Positions 29,232 to 38,579 of a stretch of 64,000 bases of DNA are shown here, piece after piece. Origin of the DNA: Flavobacteriales bacterium (GTDB taxonomy: Bacteria; Bacteroidota; Bacteroidia; Palsa-965); assembly GCA_040377305.1 (NCBI GenBank), contig JBEIPA010000026.1, forward strand, positions 1 to 64,000, in the 5' to 3' direction. The notes below the pieces were generated by a model. The model was not told where the DNA came from. It searched no databases and saw nothing but the letters and a program-made list of their open reading frames with translations. Position numbers and translations under genes: made by a program. The first letter of the stretch is position 1. Every line of letters starts with the position of its first letter.

Positions 29232-30089
29232 ATGGGTATGACACCAATTATAAAACCGAACGACTTCAAGTTCACGTACCTCCACGACTATGCGAGGTAC
29301 TTGCGCGAAAACCAACTTCGCGAATTCGTTCTTGTAGGTATTCGATTCTCACGTGAAGCAGAACTTCCGTTATTGAAGAAACTTACTCGTTTCACAGAAG
29401 ATCAACTGGTAGAACTGGGACTGGAATCCAATAAACAAATGCTGCTTGCGCTATCCAGCGGCACATATGCAGAATATCTGGAAGCGAATTCGAAAAAGTG
29501 GATCGATAACACTTTGGGCTATCTCCAGCGGGACGAAATAATGGTAGAAGATCTAACTATCGGATACTACATCCGGCGCCGGATTTTTACTCACTTTCTG
29601 GATGTCTACACCAAGAATGTCGTACTGCAGAAATTAATCATTGCCGAAGTTGATCAATGGTCTAGCAAAGAAGAGCTCTATAACTACACGATTTATCTGA
29701 ATCTCCAGCAGAATAAACTAATTCTCGCGAATAAGGAACTGGAATTTCACAAGCAACTTCTCCTTGAAGCGCAGGAGCTCAGCGCCATGGGATCGTTCAC
29801 GATCAATATGAAGGAACGAGAGAAAAGCTACTTCAGTCCGGAGTATCAGAAAATATTCGAGTTCGATAATATTACAACGTTCGAAAAGTTCATTCAGTGG
29901 GTTCACCCGGAAGACAGCAAGGAGCTGATGATTGAGGTTGAACGCGTTTATGCCCAGGGAGGAATCTACGACGTGAATTACCGTTATAACAAAAGTGGAC
30001 GCGAAAAACGAATTTGGTCGCGTGGATTTGTAGTACTCGAAGATGGGAAGCCAGCTTTGCTGCGAGGTGTTGCGAGGGAGATCGAATAG
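29232..30089 (+). CDS. PAS-domain protein with helical N-terminal domain and no output domain
   Basis: LLEAQELSAMGSF...VHPED...YRY...RIWSRG...LRGVAREI PAS/PAC at the C-terminus. ATG 29232 follows TATATTTG. Confidence 0.75.
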   Translation: MGMTPIIKPNDFKFTYLHDYARYLRENQLREFVLVGIRFSREAELPLLKKLTRFTEDQLVELGLESNKQMLLALSSGTYAEYLEANSKKWIDNTLGYLQRDEIMVEDLTIGYYIRRRIFTHFLDVYTKNVVLQKLIIAEVDQWSSKEELYNYTIYLNLQQNKLILANKELEFHKQLLLEAQELSAMGSFTINMKEREKSYFSPEYQKIFEFDNITTFEKFIQWVHPEDSKELMIEVERVYAQGGIYDVNYRYNKSGREKRIWSRGFVVLEDGKPALLRGVAREIE

Positions 30090-30310
30090 ATTTTCCGATG
30101 ATAAAATGATCCGATCAGGAACGGATTGAAATCTATCTCTATCCAAAATCCGTGAACGTTTGTAATATCTGTTTTTTGTGTGTCTTCAACACGGAAGAAT
30201 GATAATCTGACGGATTAACGGAGATCTAGTGCGTGAATAACATGCCTTTCATGGGCAAATCATTCTACATTTCACGACGTGCGCATTTCGTTTTCACAGT
30301 GAATTCGCTG

Positions 30311-30325
30311 CGGAACACATTTTGA
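30311..30325 (+). promoter_or_regulatory. Putative sigma54-type -24/-12 promoter of ku-ligD
   Basis: CGGAACACATTTTGA (GG-N10-GA), ending 13 nt before the ku ATG. Confidence 0.5.
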
Positions 30326-30337
30326 ATTGTTCTTACC

Positions 30338-31174
30338 ATGAGACCAATTTGGACAGGCGCCATTGGATTTGGACTGGTGAATATTCCGGTCAAACTTTAT
30401 AGCGCAACGGAGTCAAGCGGAATTGATTTGGACATGCTTGACAAAAGAGACAATTCAAACATCGCGTTCAAGCGTGTGAATGTAAACACAGGACGTGAAG
30501 TCACGTGGGAGAATATCGTGAAGGGCTACAAAATGCCGAACGACCGATACGTAGTTCTCGACAAGAAAGATTTCGAACGTGCGAATGCAGAAAAAACGAA
30601 GACGATTTCTATTGATGAATTCGTTGACGAAAGTGAAATTGAAAGCATGTTCTATGAAACACCGTATTACCTCGAACCGGAAAAATCAGGAGTCCGTGCT
30701 TATGCTTTGCTGCGAGAAGCATTAGTGAAATCGGGAAAAGTCGGAATTGCAACTTTTGTTCTTCGGAATAAAGAAGCACTGGCAGTATTGCGTGCAAACG
30801 AAAAAGTAATCGTGTTGAACAGAATGCGCTTCGTGGAAGAAATCCGTGATCCTGCAAAACTGAATCTGCCACCGAAAACTGCAGTGAAACCAGCCGAACT
30901 GAAAATGGCATTATCTCTTATTAATCAGCTCACTGGTAAGTTCGATGTTTCGGGTTATCGCGATAACTATACGAAGCAACTTCTGAAATTCATTCAGGCC
31001 AAAGCAAAAGGTGCGAAAGTGAAAGAGCCGAAAATGAAAGTAGTGCATAGCAAGACGAAGGATCTCATGGATCAGCTTAAGGAAAGCCTCACTCCTGCGA
31101 AACGAAAAAAAGCAGGAACGAAAAAAGGAACGAAAGCAGCTGCGAAGAAATCGTCGTATAAAAAAGCTTCCTAA
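30338..31174 (+). CDS. ku: NHEJ protein Ku
   Basis: MRPIWTGAIGFGLVNIPVKLYSAT, IVKGY and PYYLEP motifs; basic C-terminal tail. Confidence 0.97.
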   Translation: MRPIWTGAIGFGLVNIPVKLYSATESSGIDLDMLDKRDNSNIAFKRVNVNTGREVTWENIVKGYKMPNDRYVVLDKKDFERANAEKTKTISIDEFVDESEIESMFYETPYYLEPEKSGVRAYALLREALVKSGKVGIATFVLRNKEALAVLRANEKVIVLNRMRFVEEIRDPAKLNLPPKTAVKPAELKMALSLINQLTGKFDVSGYRDNYTKQLLKFIQAKAKGAKVKEPKMKVVHSKTKDLMDQLKESLTPAKRKKAGTKKGTKAAAKKSSYKKAS

Positions 31175-33777
31175 TGGGACTGCAAACGTATCAGCAGAAG
31201 AGAAATTTCAGAGTGACTCCCGAACCGAAAGGAAAGGTAGAACACTCGAAATCGAAACTCACTTTTGTTATACAACGTCACAAAGCTTCACGTTTACACT
31301 ACGATTTCCGAATTGAAGTGGATGGTGTTTTAAAAAGCTGGGCAGTGCCGAAAGGTCCGTCCATGAATCCAGGCGATAAACGTTTATCCATGATGGTGGA
31401 AGACCATCCATACAGTTACAGAACTTTTTCAGGAACCATTCCGGAAGGAAATTACGGAGCTGGTATTGTGGAGATCTGGGATGAGGGAACTTATTCCGAT
31501 GTCGACAACTCCGGTAAAGCGGATGCTGAAAAAAGTGTTCGTGCAGGACTGAAAAAAGGAAATCTGAAAATCCGTCTGTTCGGCAAGAAACTGAAGGGTG
31601 AATTCGCACTGGTCCGTTTGCATAAAGCGGGAGAAAATTCCTGGTTGCTGATTAAGCATCGCGATGAATATGCGACGGATGAAGAATATAATAGCGAGTT
31701 GATAACGCCAAAAAGTTCTCCAATAAATAAGTGGCTTGCAAAACATAAGCCCGATTCGAAAATAAAGTCAGCAACGAAAAAAACTGCTTCTACCAAGGGA
31801 GTTAAAAAAAAAGTTCAGGCCGAAAAGGAAGCGCCCCTCGAAAAGCGCAGAAGAGTAAGAGCGCTTCCGGCGGAATCAAGAAAGCTCAGTAAGTTCTTCG
31901 CTCCAATGCTGGCGAAGGAAGCCGATGCTCCTTTCAACGATGCCGATTGGATTTTCGAAATGAAGTGGGATGGATATCGCGCCATTGCGGAAATCAGTAA
32001 GACAAATGTCAGTCTGTATTCGCGCAATGGAAATACGTTCGATGCCTCCTATCCGATTATCGTGGACGCCTTGAAGCAATTAAAGATCAATGCCGTGCTC
32101 GACGGTGAAATCATTGTTGTTGATGCAGATGGTCGTTCTGATTTTCAGAAGCTGCAGTATTATGGAACCGACAACACTGTTCCGCTCGAGTATCGCGTGT
32201 TCGATGTAATCTCCATCAACGGTAAAGAGTTGACCCACCTTCCCTTGTTAGAGCGCAAGAAGAAATTGCAGAAACTCCTTCCGAAAAATGATGTGGTGAA
32301 ATATTCCGATCACATCATAGAGACCGGAGAAGCATTTTTTCGTGCTGCACAACAAATGAATCTCGAAGGAATAATTGCGAAGAAAGCCGATTCGGAATAT
32401 CACATCGGCAGACGTTCTACGGAATGGCTGAAGATCAAGAACACGAAATCGGAAGATGTGATTATCGCTGGCTTTACACAACCCACCGGATCGCGATTAC
32501 ATTTCGGTGCGCTGGTCCTCGCCGTTCGCGAAGGTGACAAACTGAAATACATTGGTCACACCGGAACCGGATTCGACACGAAAGGTTTGCGTGAATTATA
32601 TGCTAAACTTGTTCCTCTCATCACGAAGAAATCTCCGTTCAAAGAAAACGTGAAGACGAATACACCGGCAACCTGGGTAAAACCTATTTTAGTTTGCGAA
32701 GTGAAATTCACCGAACGAACCCGCGAAGGAAGCTTGCGTCATCCGGTGTTTATGCGTTTACGCGAGGACAAAAAAGCAAAGGACATCACCATGGCTGCAA
32801 CGACACCCGTAAAGAAGAGTTCGAGCAAGAAGCGCACGACTAAAAAAAGTGAAACTGCGGACGATTCCAAAGACAATGAAATTGCATTCGGCAGAAAGAA
32901 AGTGCGTGTCACGAATCTGAACAAAGTTTACTGGCCCGATGAAGGAATCACGAAGGGCGATGTGATCAATTACTACATCAGCGTATCGAAATACATTCTG
33001 CCGTTTCTGAAAGGTCGTCCCCAGTCGCTCAAGCGCAATCCGAACGGAATCGAAGACGCTGGTTTCTATCACAAAGATGCGGGTGACGAAGCTCCTTCGT
33101 TCGTGGAGAGCGTGAAAATTCACTCAGAGTCGGGCAACAAAGACATTGATTACATTTTGTGCAACGATCAGCCGACGCTCACGTATCTGAATAATCTCGG
33201 TTGTATAGAAATCAATCCCTGGCATTCGACCGTACAGAATCTAGACAAGCCCGACTATTTAGTTATTGACCTCGATCCTTCAGACGGAAACACATTCAAC
33301 CAGGTGATCGAAACTGCGCGCGTCATTCACGGCATTCTCAAAAAAGCCGGAGTCGATTCGTACTGCAAAACTTCCGGCGCAACCGGATTGCACATTTACA
33401 TTCCCACCGGAAAGAAGTACACGTACGATCAACTGAAAGAGTTCGCGCACATCATCTGCATACTCACGCAGGAAGAATTACCCGACTTCACCACGCTCAT
33501 TCGCAATCTCAAAAAGCGCGGCAACAAAATGATCTATCTCGATCACTTGCAAAATCGCCGCGGACAAACCATTTCATCCGTTTACAGCTTGCGTCCGAAA
33601 GAAGGCGCACCCGTTTCCATGCCACTCAAATGGACCGAAGTAAAACCGGGCCTCACTCCTACCGACTTCAACATTCACAATGCAGTCAAACGTATCGAGC
33701 GAAATCCCGAAGCGTTTAAAGAAGTGCTTGGGAAGGGAATTGATTTGTTGAAGGTGTTGAAGAAGTTGGGAGGCTGA
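31174..33777 (+). CDS. ligD: DNA ligase D (phosphoesterase-ligase-polymerase)
   Basis: QRHKASRLHYDFRIE (PE); EMKWDGYR, EGIIAK and WLKIK (ligase); DLDP and KTSGATGLH (primase-polymerase). Confidence 0.97.
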   Translation: MGLQTYQQKRNFRVTPEPKGKVEHSKSKLTFVIQRHKASRLHYDFRIEVDGVLKSWAVPKGPSMNPGDKRLSMMVEDHPYSYRTFSGTIPEGNYGAGIVEIWDEGTYSDVDNSGKADAEKSVRAGLKKGNLKIRLFGKKLKGEFALVRLHKAGENSWLLIKHRDEYATDEEYNSELITPKSSPINKWLAKHKPDSKIKSATKKTASTKGVKKKVQAEKEAPLEKRRRVRALPAESRKLSKFFAPMLAKEADAPFNDADWIFEMKWDGYRAIAEISKTNVSLYSRNGNTFDASYPIIVDALKQLKINAVLDGEIIVVDADGRSDFQKLQYYGTDNTVPLEYRVFDVISINGKELTHLPLLERKKKLQKLLPKNDVVKYSDHIIETGEAFFRAAQQMNLEGIIAKKADSEYHIGRRSTEWLKIKNTKSEDVIIAGFTQPTGSRLHFGALVLAVREGDKLKYIGHTGTGFDTKGLRELYAKLVPLITKKSPFKENVKTNTPATWVKPILVCEVKFTERTREGSLRHPVFMRLREDKKAKDITMAATTPVKKSSSKKRTTKKSETADDSKDNEIAFGRKKVRVTNLNKVYWPDEGITKGDVINYYISVSKYILPFLKGRPQSLKRNPNGIEDAGFYHKDAGDEAPSFVESVKIHSESGNKDIDYILCNDQPTLTYLNNLGCIEINPWHSTVQNLDKPDYLVIDLDPSDGNTFNQVIETARVIHGILKKAGVDSYCKTSGATGLHIYIPTGKKYTYDQLKEFAHIICILTQEELPDFTTLIRNLKKRGNKMIYLDHLQNRRGQTISSVYSLRPKEGAPVSMPLKWTEVKPGLTPTDFNIHNAVKRIERNPEAFKEVLGKGIDLLKVLKKLGG

Positions 33778-33834
33778 ATCGATTCACACCATTACCTGAT
33801 CGGATAAACGATCCTGACAAACAAACACACTCAC

Positions 33835-34368
33835 ATGGAAACATTACGGGAAATCTTCGGACACGGAAGCAACCTCACGCTGCTTCAGATGACGCTACGG
33901 GGAATTTTAGTATTCTTCATCGCGATCTTCATCATCCGGTTGTCCGGACGCCGATCGTTTGGAATGAACATGCCACTTGATATTGTAGTGACGATCTTGC
34001 TCGGCTCAATTCTCAGTCGGGCAGTTACGGGTGCATCACCTTTCTTTCCCATTGTTTGTTCATGTGTGGCAATTGCAGCGGTGCACCGCCTTTCGGCCCT
34101 GTTCGCATTTCATAGCAGGATTTTTGGTCGGCTCGTCAAAGGAAAAGGGATGATACTATATTCAAACAGCACCTTACACGTAAACAACCTGAAGCGCTTT
34201 ATGATCTCCGAAGCTGATCTCCTTGAATCCGTTCGCCAGAAGGCAAATGTTGATACGCTCCAGGAAATCGATTCTGTGTACATGGAGCGTAATGGCGAAC
34301 TCAGCGTTGTAAAAAGGAAATCAGATTTTGCAGGTGCAACTGATAATTCCAAAGGATTCGAATTGTGA
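33835..34368 (+). CDS. DUF421 (YetF-like) membrane protein
   Basis: RLSGRRS, D..VTILLGSILSR and MERNGELSV motifs. Confidence 0.85.
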   Translation: METLREIFGHGSNLTLLQMTLRGILVFFIAIFIIRLSGRRSFGMNMPLDIVVTILLGSILSRAVTGASPFFPIVCSCVAIAAVHRLSALFAFHSRIFGRLVKGKGMILYSNSTLHVNNLKRFMISEADLLESVRQKANVDTLQEIDSVYMERNGELSVVKRKSDFAGATDNSKGFEL

Positions 34369-34423
34369 GGGTGATGAATCGGTTGGGAGCTCCATTTCAC
34401 ATACCTTAACTCTTTAAGATAAC

Positions 34424-34455
34424 AAAAAGGTTGTCAAACTATTGACAACCTTTTT
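34424..34455. terminator. Bidirectional terminator between convergent genes
   Basis: AAAAAGGTTGTCAA-ACTA-TTGACAACCTTTTT perfect palindrome. Confidence 0.75.
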
Positions 34456-34701
34456 AACGTCTGGTGGACAGGAAATTTGTGTTCCATTTATGGCGGAAAC
34501 TTTTCCTCTCCCGACCAGACTACTTAAACGATTTGGTATAGACAGGCTTGCATTCGTCCGAACCAAACCAAAAACTCTATTTGTGTTCCTGTGTATTTCT
34601 ATACAATTATACTTCGCAGAATTGTTGAAGTAAAATGATTTCGATGAATTACGAAATTCAATAAGCGGTTGGCTCGTTTACGCAAGTAATTCGTATTCGC
34701 C

Positions 34702-34776
34702 TTTTGAAAATTTGAAGATTGAAATGCACTTTGGTCACACCATCGTCCTATTTTCAAATCTTCAAATCTTCGAATC
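34702..34776. repeat. Inverted pair of octamer arrays
   Basis: TTTGAAAATTTGAAGATTGAAAT and TTTTCAAATCTTCAAATCTTCGAAT. Confidence 0.7.
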
Positions 34777-34777
34777 A

Positions 34778-35734
34778 TTACTTCTCTGCCGCTTCACGTT
34801 TCTTCTCCACCAAAGCTTCCTCTTTGTCTGCTTCTATGAGCTTAGCGTCTTTCCTCGGAACAATTTCATCGCCACGCGCAAGCGTGTATTGCTTCGTGAA
34901 TTCTGCTCCGAGAAAAACAATCATGCAGGTATAAGAAACCCAGAGCATGATGAGAACGATAGAACCTGCTGCTCCGTAAGTGGAACCGGGATCGGATTTG
35001 CCGAAATAGATTCCAAGCAAAAACTTTCCGAGAATGAATAATCCCGCGGTTACTCCGGCACCAATCCACACGTTTCTCCAACGGACTTGTGCATCGGGAA
35101 GAACTTTGAACATAAGTGCGAACAGAACAGTGATTACACTGAACGATACGGCGAAGTTGATGAGATAGAATATATACAACATGACATCGGGCAGATGTTC
35201 TTTGATCCAACCATTGAGCAAGCTAAGTCCGGCTGTGATAATCAATGACACGAGCATAAGAAATGCGATGGCGATAACAAGTCCGAACGAAAAGAATCGC
35301 GTTCGCAATACCCTCAGCCATTTCTTTTCTGCTTCGACACGCACTTCCCAAATCTGGTTGAGTTCCGACTGCAATTGTGCAAACACTCCGGTGCAACCAA
35401 CAATCAAGGTGAGAATGCTGAGCGCTGCTGCGAAGAAAGATGCTTTCTTTTCACTGGCGTTCGTGATCATGACTTCAATCTGTTCTGCAGCGTCCTCCCC
35501 TATTGCGGAACCGATCTGATTCGAGATTTCTCCACGAACTGCTTCTTCGCCGAATGCAATTCCTGCAAGTGCGACAACAATGACCAGCAAAGCAGGAATT
35601 GAAAAGATAGCGTAGTATGCAATGACCGCGCTCTGACGAAACGGATCGCCTGCCATCCAGGCCTTCAATGTTTTCTTAACGGTAGTCCAAAGCGCTTTAA
35701 GACCAAGTCGTTTTGATAGAATTTTTTCAGACAT
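34778..35734 (-). CDS. YihY/virulence factor BrkB family membrane protein
   Basis: AVIAYYAIFSIP, LNQIW, FKVLP and YGAAGSIVLIMLWVSY motifs. Confidence 0.92.
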   Translation of the reverse strand: MSEKILSKRLGLKALWTTVKKTLKAWMAGDPFRQSAVIAYYAIFSIPALLVIVVALAGIAFGEEAVRGEISNQIGSAIGEDAAEQIEVMITNASEKKASFFAAALSILTLIVGCTGVFAQLQSELNQIWEVRVEAEKKWLRVLRTRFFSFGLVIAIAFLMLVSLIITAGLSLLNGWIKEHLPDVMLYIFYLINFAVSFSVITVLFALMFKVLPDAQVRWRNVWIGAGVTAGLFILGKFLLGIYFGKSDPGSTYGAAGSIVLIMLWVSYTCMIVFLGAEFTKQYTLARGDEIVPRKDAKLIEADKEEALVEKKREAAEK

Positions 35735-35749
35735 AGAACATATTTTGAT

Positions 35750-36292
35750 TTACGCCGTTTTTCGATATCCCTTCCACTGGAACATCATTTCACCATTCAC
35801 TCCGAAAACCGGATCTTTTTTGGGAATTGGTACTGACTGGATTCTGTTATCAGCGTAAGGTCGCTCTCCGTCTTGTCCCACCAGCAAATCGTACTCTCTT
35901 CCTTCGGGATATGCTCCAACTACTTTCAGTTTTTCGTCTTTGTGAAGCTTCCGATGAGCAACACCGGCCGGGATAATCAGTACATCGCCGGTTTCAAAAT
36001 GAATTTGCCTTCCGCTATCTCCACCGAGCATGAGAAATGCGCTGCCAGAATATGCTGCAAGCACTTCGTGTGTTGTGCTATGGTAGTGGTGATAATCGTA
36101 AATAGTTCCTTTCCAGGAATTGTTCCAACCATTGTCGTAAAAATGACCTTTCAGTTTTCTCGCTGCAAACCACGATGGCATTTTCAAAAGTGTTTTGTAA
36201 TGAATTACAGGGAGCGCCGCGTTGTTAGGAAACTTTCCGTCATCGTGCAGAATGTAGGTATTGATGTGATATGTGGTTCTGCAAATCTTCAT
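35750..36292 (-). CDS. Cupin-domain protein (YjlB-like)
   Basis: FPNN, YHHYHSTTHEVL, GDVLIIPAGVAH, VVGAYP and DPVFG motifs. Start is 36292 or 36298. Confidence 0.85.
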   Translation of the reverse strand: MKICRTTYHINTYILHDDGKFPNNAALPVIHYKTLLKMPSWFAARKLKGHFYDNGWNNSWKGTIYDYHHYHSTTHEVLAAYSGSAFLMLGGDSGRQIHFETGDVLIIPAGVAHRKLHKDEKLKVVGAYPEGREYDLLVGQDGERPYADNRIQSVPIPKKDPVFGVNGEMMFQWKGYRKTA

Positions 36293-36304
36293 ACACATTA
36301 TCAG

Positions 36305-36319
36305 TGAAAAACAGTGCCA
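36305..36319 (-). promoter_or_regulatory. Putative sigma54-type promoter of cupin-yihY
   Basis: Minus strand TGGCACTGTTTTTCA, ending 13 nt before ATG 36292. Confidence 0.45.
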
Positions 36320-36553
36320 TTTTTATTCTCTTCTGAAAATGATTTCGCTGGTCGGTCCACTGAGGAAACTTATTCCCGAAATCCGGAATTCGTGGAATGG
36401 TCGGGACATTCATGAAGAGTTAACCCGCACATGGAGTCAGGGAAACAAAGTGAGGAATTGGCGCCACATTCATTGGAGAATGGCATAAATAAATGATGAG
36501 AGTCAATTTCCTAACCTACTGATTCGTTGCCGACTACACCAACTAGCGTATCG

Positions 36554-36568
36554 CGGCACAGGAGTTGA
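36554..36568 (+). promoter_or_regulatory. Putative sigma54-type promoter
   Basis: CGGCACAGGAGTTGA (GG-N10-GA) upstream of ORF 36621. Confidence 0.45.
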
Positions 36569-36620
36569 ATCCCTGTTGATCCCTGCACTGACAGAAACGC
36601 TTCATTTAAAAACAATTCAG

Positions 36621-36914
36621 ATGAATACGATCATGACGATTGCACACAACGCAAACAACATTGCAGCATTGGGACAGACACGTGAAGTAGAAACTGCACA
36701 TGAACCGAAAGTTCGACTGATGTACGACATTGACAACACTGAACTACATCTTCTCGAAGGTGTTCAGCAAAAGCTGGAAGTGGTTCATCCGGTTCACACG
36801 GATAATATTTTCAACCACGCCGAAGAAATTATTGCGGCACAAAGAAGGGTTGAAGATGCTTGTCGCTTTTACGAGGACCGAATCAACAAGCGCCCTCCGC
36901 TCGACATCGCGTAA
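36621..36914 (+). CDS. Small hypothetical protein
   Basis: 97-aa ORF with an A-rich leader (TTTAAAAACAATTCAG); its stop abuts the convergent TPR gene. Confidence 0.6.
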   Translation: MNTIMTIAHNANNIAALGQTREVETAHEPKVRLMYDIDNTELHLLEGVQQKLEVVHPVHTDNIFNHAEEIIAAQRRVEDACRFYEDRINKRPPLDIA

Positions 36915-37916
36915 TTACTTTTTAACACGATCTAAAGCTTCAGCGGCTCCGGAGAATTGCGGATTTAACTCCAACGCTTTCACGTAGTCTGCTGAAGCTT
37001 TTTCAATTTGACCAAGTTCTTCGTAACAACGACCACGACCAAAGTAGCCACGCGGCTCTGTTGGGTTGTCACGTATTGCCAGATCGTAATACTGCAACGC
37101 CACAGACGGTGAATCGATCTGGTACGTGTATACATAGCCGAGATTGTGATGCGCGTCGAAGTGCATTGGATTCAGCTGCAGAATCGATAAGTACGTATTC
37201 ACTGCTAATCGCGGCTGTCCATTTTCCTGGTAATACATTCCAAGGTTATACAACGCTTCTATACTCATAGGCTGCACCTGCAACGCATTGCGATAAAAGT
37301 CAATCGCCATCGGACTTCCTTGTGACGCGGAGATCACACCCATCTGAATATACGCGTTGTAGTAATCCGGATCCATTTGCACAGCGAGCTGCATCTCACG
37401 CATTGCACCTGAAGTGTCGCCTTTTTCTTTTGCAACCATTCCACGCATGAAGTACGCTTGTGCATTACGGCGATCCTGCGCAATTACTTTGTCGAGCACT
37501 GCAATTTCTTCGTCGAGACGTTTGAGGTAATGATGCAACTGCGCAAGTTTCAGCAACACATCCACATTCGTGGGTTCCACTTCCACTGCTCGTTTGAGCA
37601 ATTGATCTGCACGCTGAATCTTGTTCATGAAGAAATGAATATCGGCACCAGTCAACAGATACTTCGTAGTGCTGCTGTCGATTGCAATCACCCGATTGAT
37701 ATCGGCCAAGGCTGCATTCATATCCTTCGCGTTCATGTAGTACAACGCGCGCTGATGATATAAATCCAGATTGTTCGGATCGAGTCGAATGGAATCGTTC
37801 AACACTGCGAGCGAATCTTTCACAGGCGTTGAATCATTCACAACTTGAGTGTCGGTAGGTCCGCACGCGATGAACAGCGGCAGAATCAGCAGGAACAGGA
37901 GACGGGTATGCTTCAT
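36915..37916 (-). CDS. Tetratricopeptide repeat lipoprotein
   Basis: Lipobox IAC followed by about eight TPR repeats. Confidence 0.9.
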   Translation of the reverse strand: MKHTRLLFLLILPLFIACGPTDTQVVNDSTPVKDSLAVLNDSIRLDPNNLDLYHQRALYYMNAKDMNAALADINRVIAIDSSTTKYLLTGADIHFFMNKIQRADQLLKRAVEVEPTNVDVLLKLAQLHHYLKRLDEEIAVLDKVIAQDRRNAQAYFMRGMVAKEKGDTSGAMREMQLAVQMDPDYYNAYIQMGVISASQGSPMAIDFYRNALQVQPMSIEALYNLGMYYQENGQPRLAVNTYLSILQLNPMHFDAHHNLGYVYTYQIDSPSVALQYYDLAIRDNPTEPRGYFGRGRCYEELGQIEKASADYVKALELNPQFSGAAEALDRVKK

Positions 37917-38135
37917 ACTTCAAAAAAAATCCCAATATCGACTCGTCATTGATGACGAAACGAGACCGGGGATGTGATCAAAGGTATTGAAATATTTGAA
38001 ATTGCTGACTTTCAATCCTCAGGAAATCACCCACTTGACAAGCGAACTCGGCCAGTTGAAAATACGTCGGTCATAAACACAACCGCCCTTCGCTCTTGTC
38101 GTCTAATAAGCACAGGCATTCCTTATTTTTAGCAC

Positions 38136-38567
38136 ATGGTTTCTGTACACCGACTTTTGACTGCAACGGTTCTAGCCTTTATACTTATTGGAGGCGATGC
38201 TTGCAGGAAACCTCTGCCCGAAGCAAATCCAGACCTGGTGGGCTATTGGGTAAACACAGCAAGTTGTCAGGATCAATTGAAGTTCTATGAAGACGGAACA
38301 GGAAATTATCGTGTGCGCGGTGCTGCTATAGAATGTAAAAGCGGAGAACGAACCGAGGGTGATGCGAAAATTATCAGAGGAAAGAAAATCAAGATTGGAA
38401 ACACGCGTTTCGAAATAATTTCCGGTCCCGCTCAGATAGACACAGTATTAGTACCTGTTGATTCTGTTCAATCTTATACTGGAAAATCCGTAACGCGAAT
38501 GGTTCTGAAGAAATCGGTTTTCAACACCGGAGAAACATACACGTTCTATAAAATCATTGGCAGATAA
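38136..38567 (+). CDS. Hypothetical lipoprotein
   Basis: Hydrophobic N-terminus with DACRK; LVGYW motif. Confidence 0.65.
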   Translation: MVSVHRLLTATVLAFILIGGDACRKPLPEANPDLVGYWVNTASCQDQLKFYEDGTGNYRVRGAAIECKSGERTEGDAKIIRGKKIKIGNTRFEIISGPAQIDTVLVPVDSVQSYTGKSVTRMVLKKSVFNTGETYTFYKIIGR

Positions 38568-38579
38568 ACCGACAAGTCT

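Noticed and set aside
30121-30230. Degenerate ACGGATT/AATCCGT repeats before ku
   Set aside because: Too short and degenerate to define an element by eye.
27781-36914. ku-ligD cluster as an island integrated at tRNA-Lys
   Set aside because: No integrase and no duplicated tRNA 3' end seen; the cluster lies on the tRNA 5' side and aroK intervenes.
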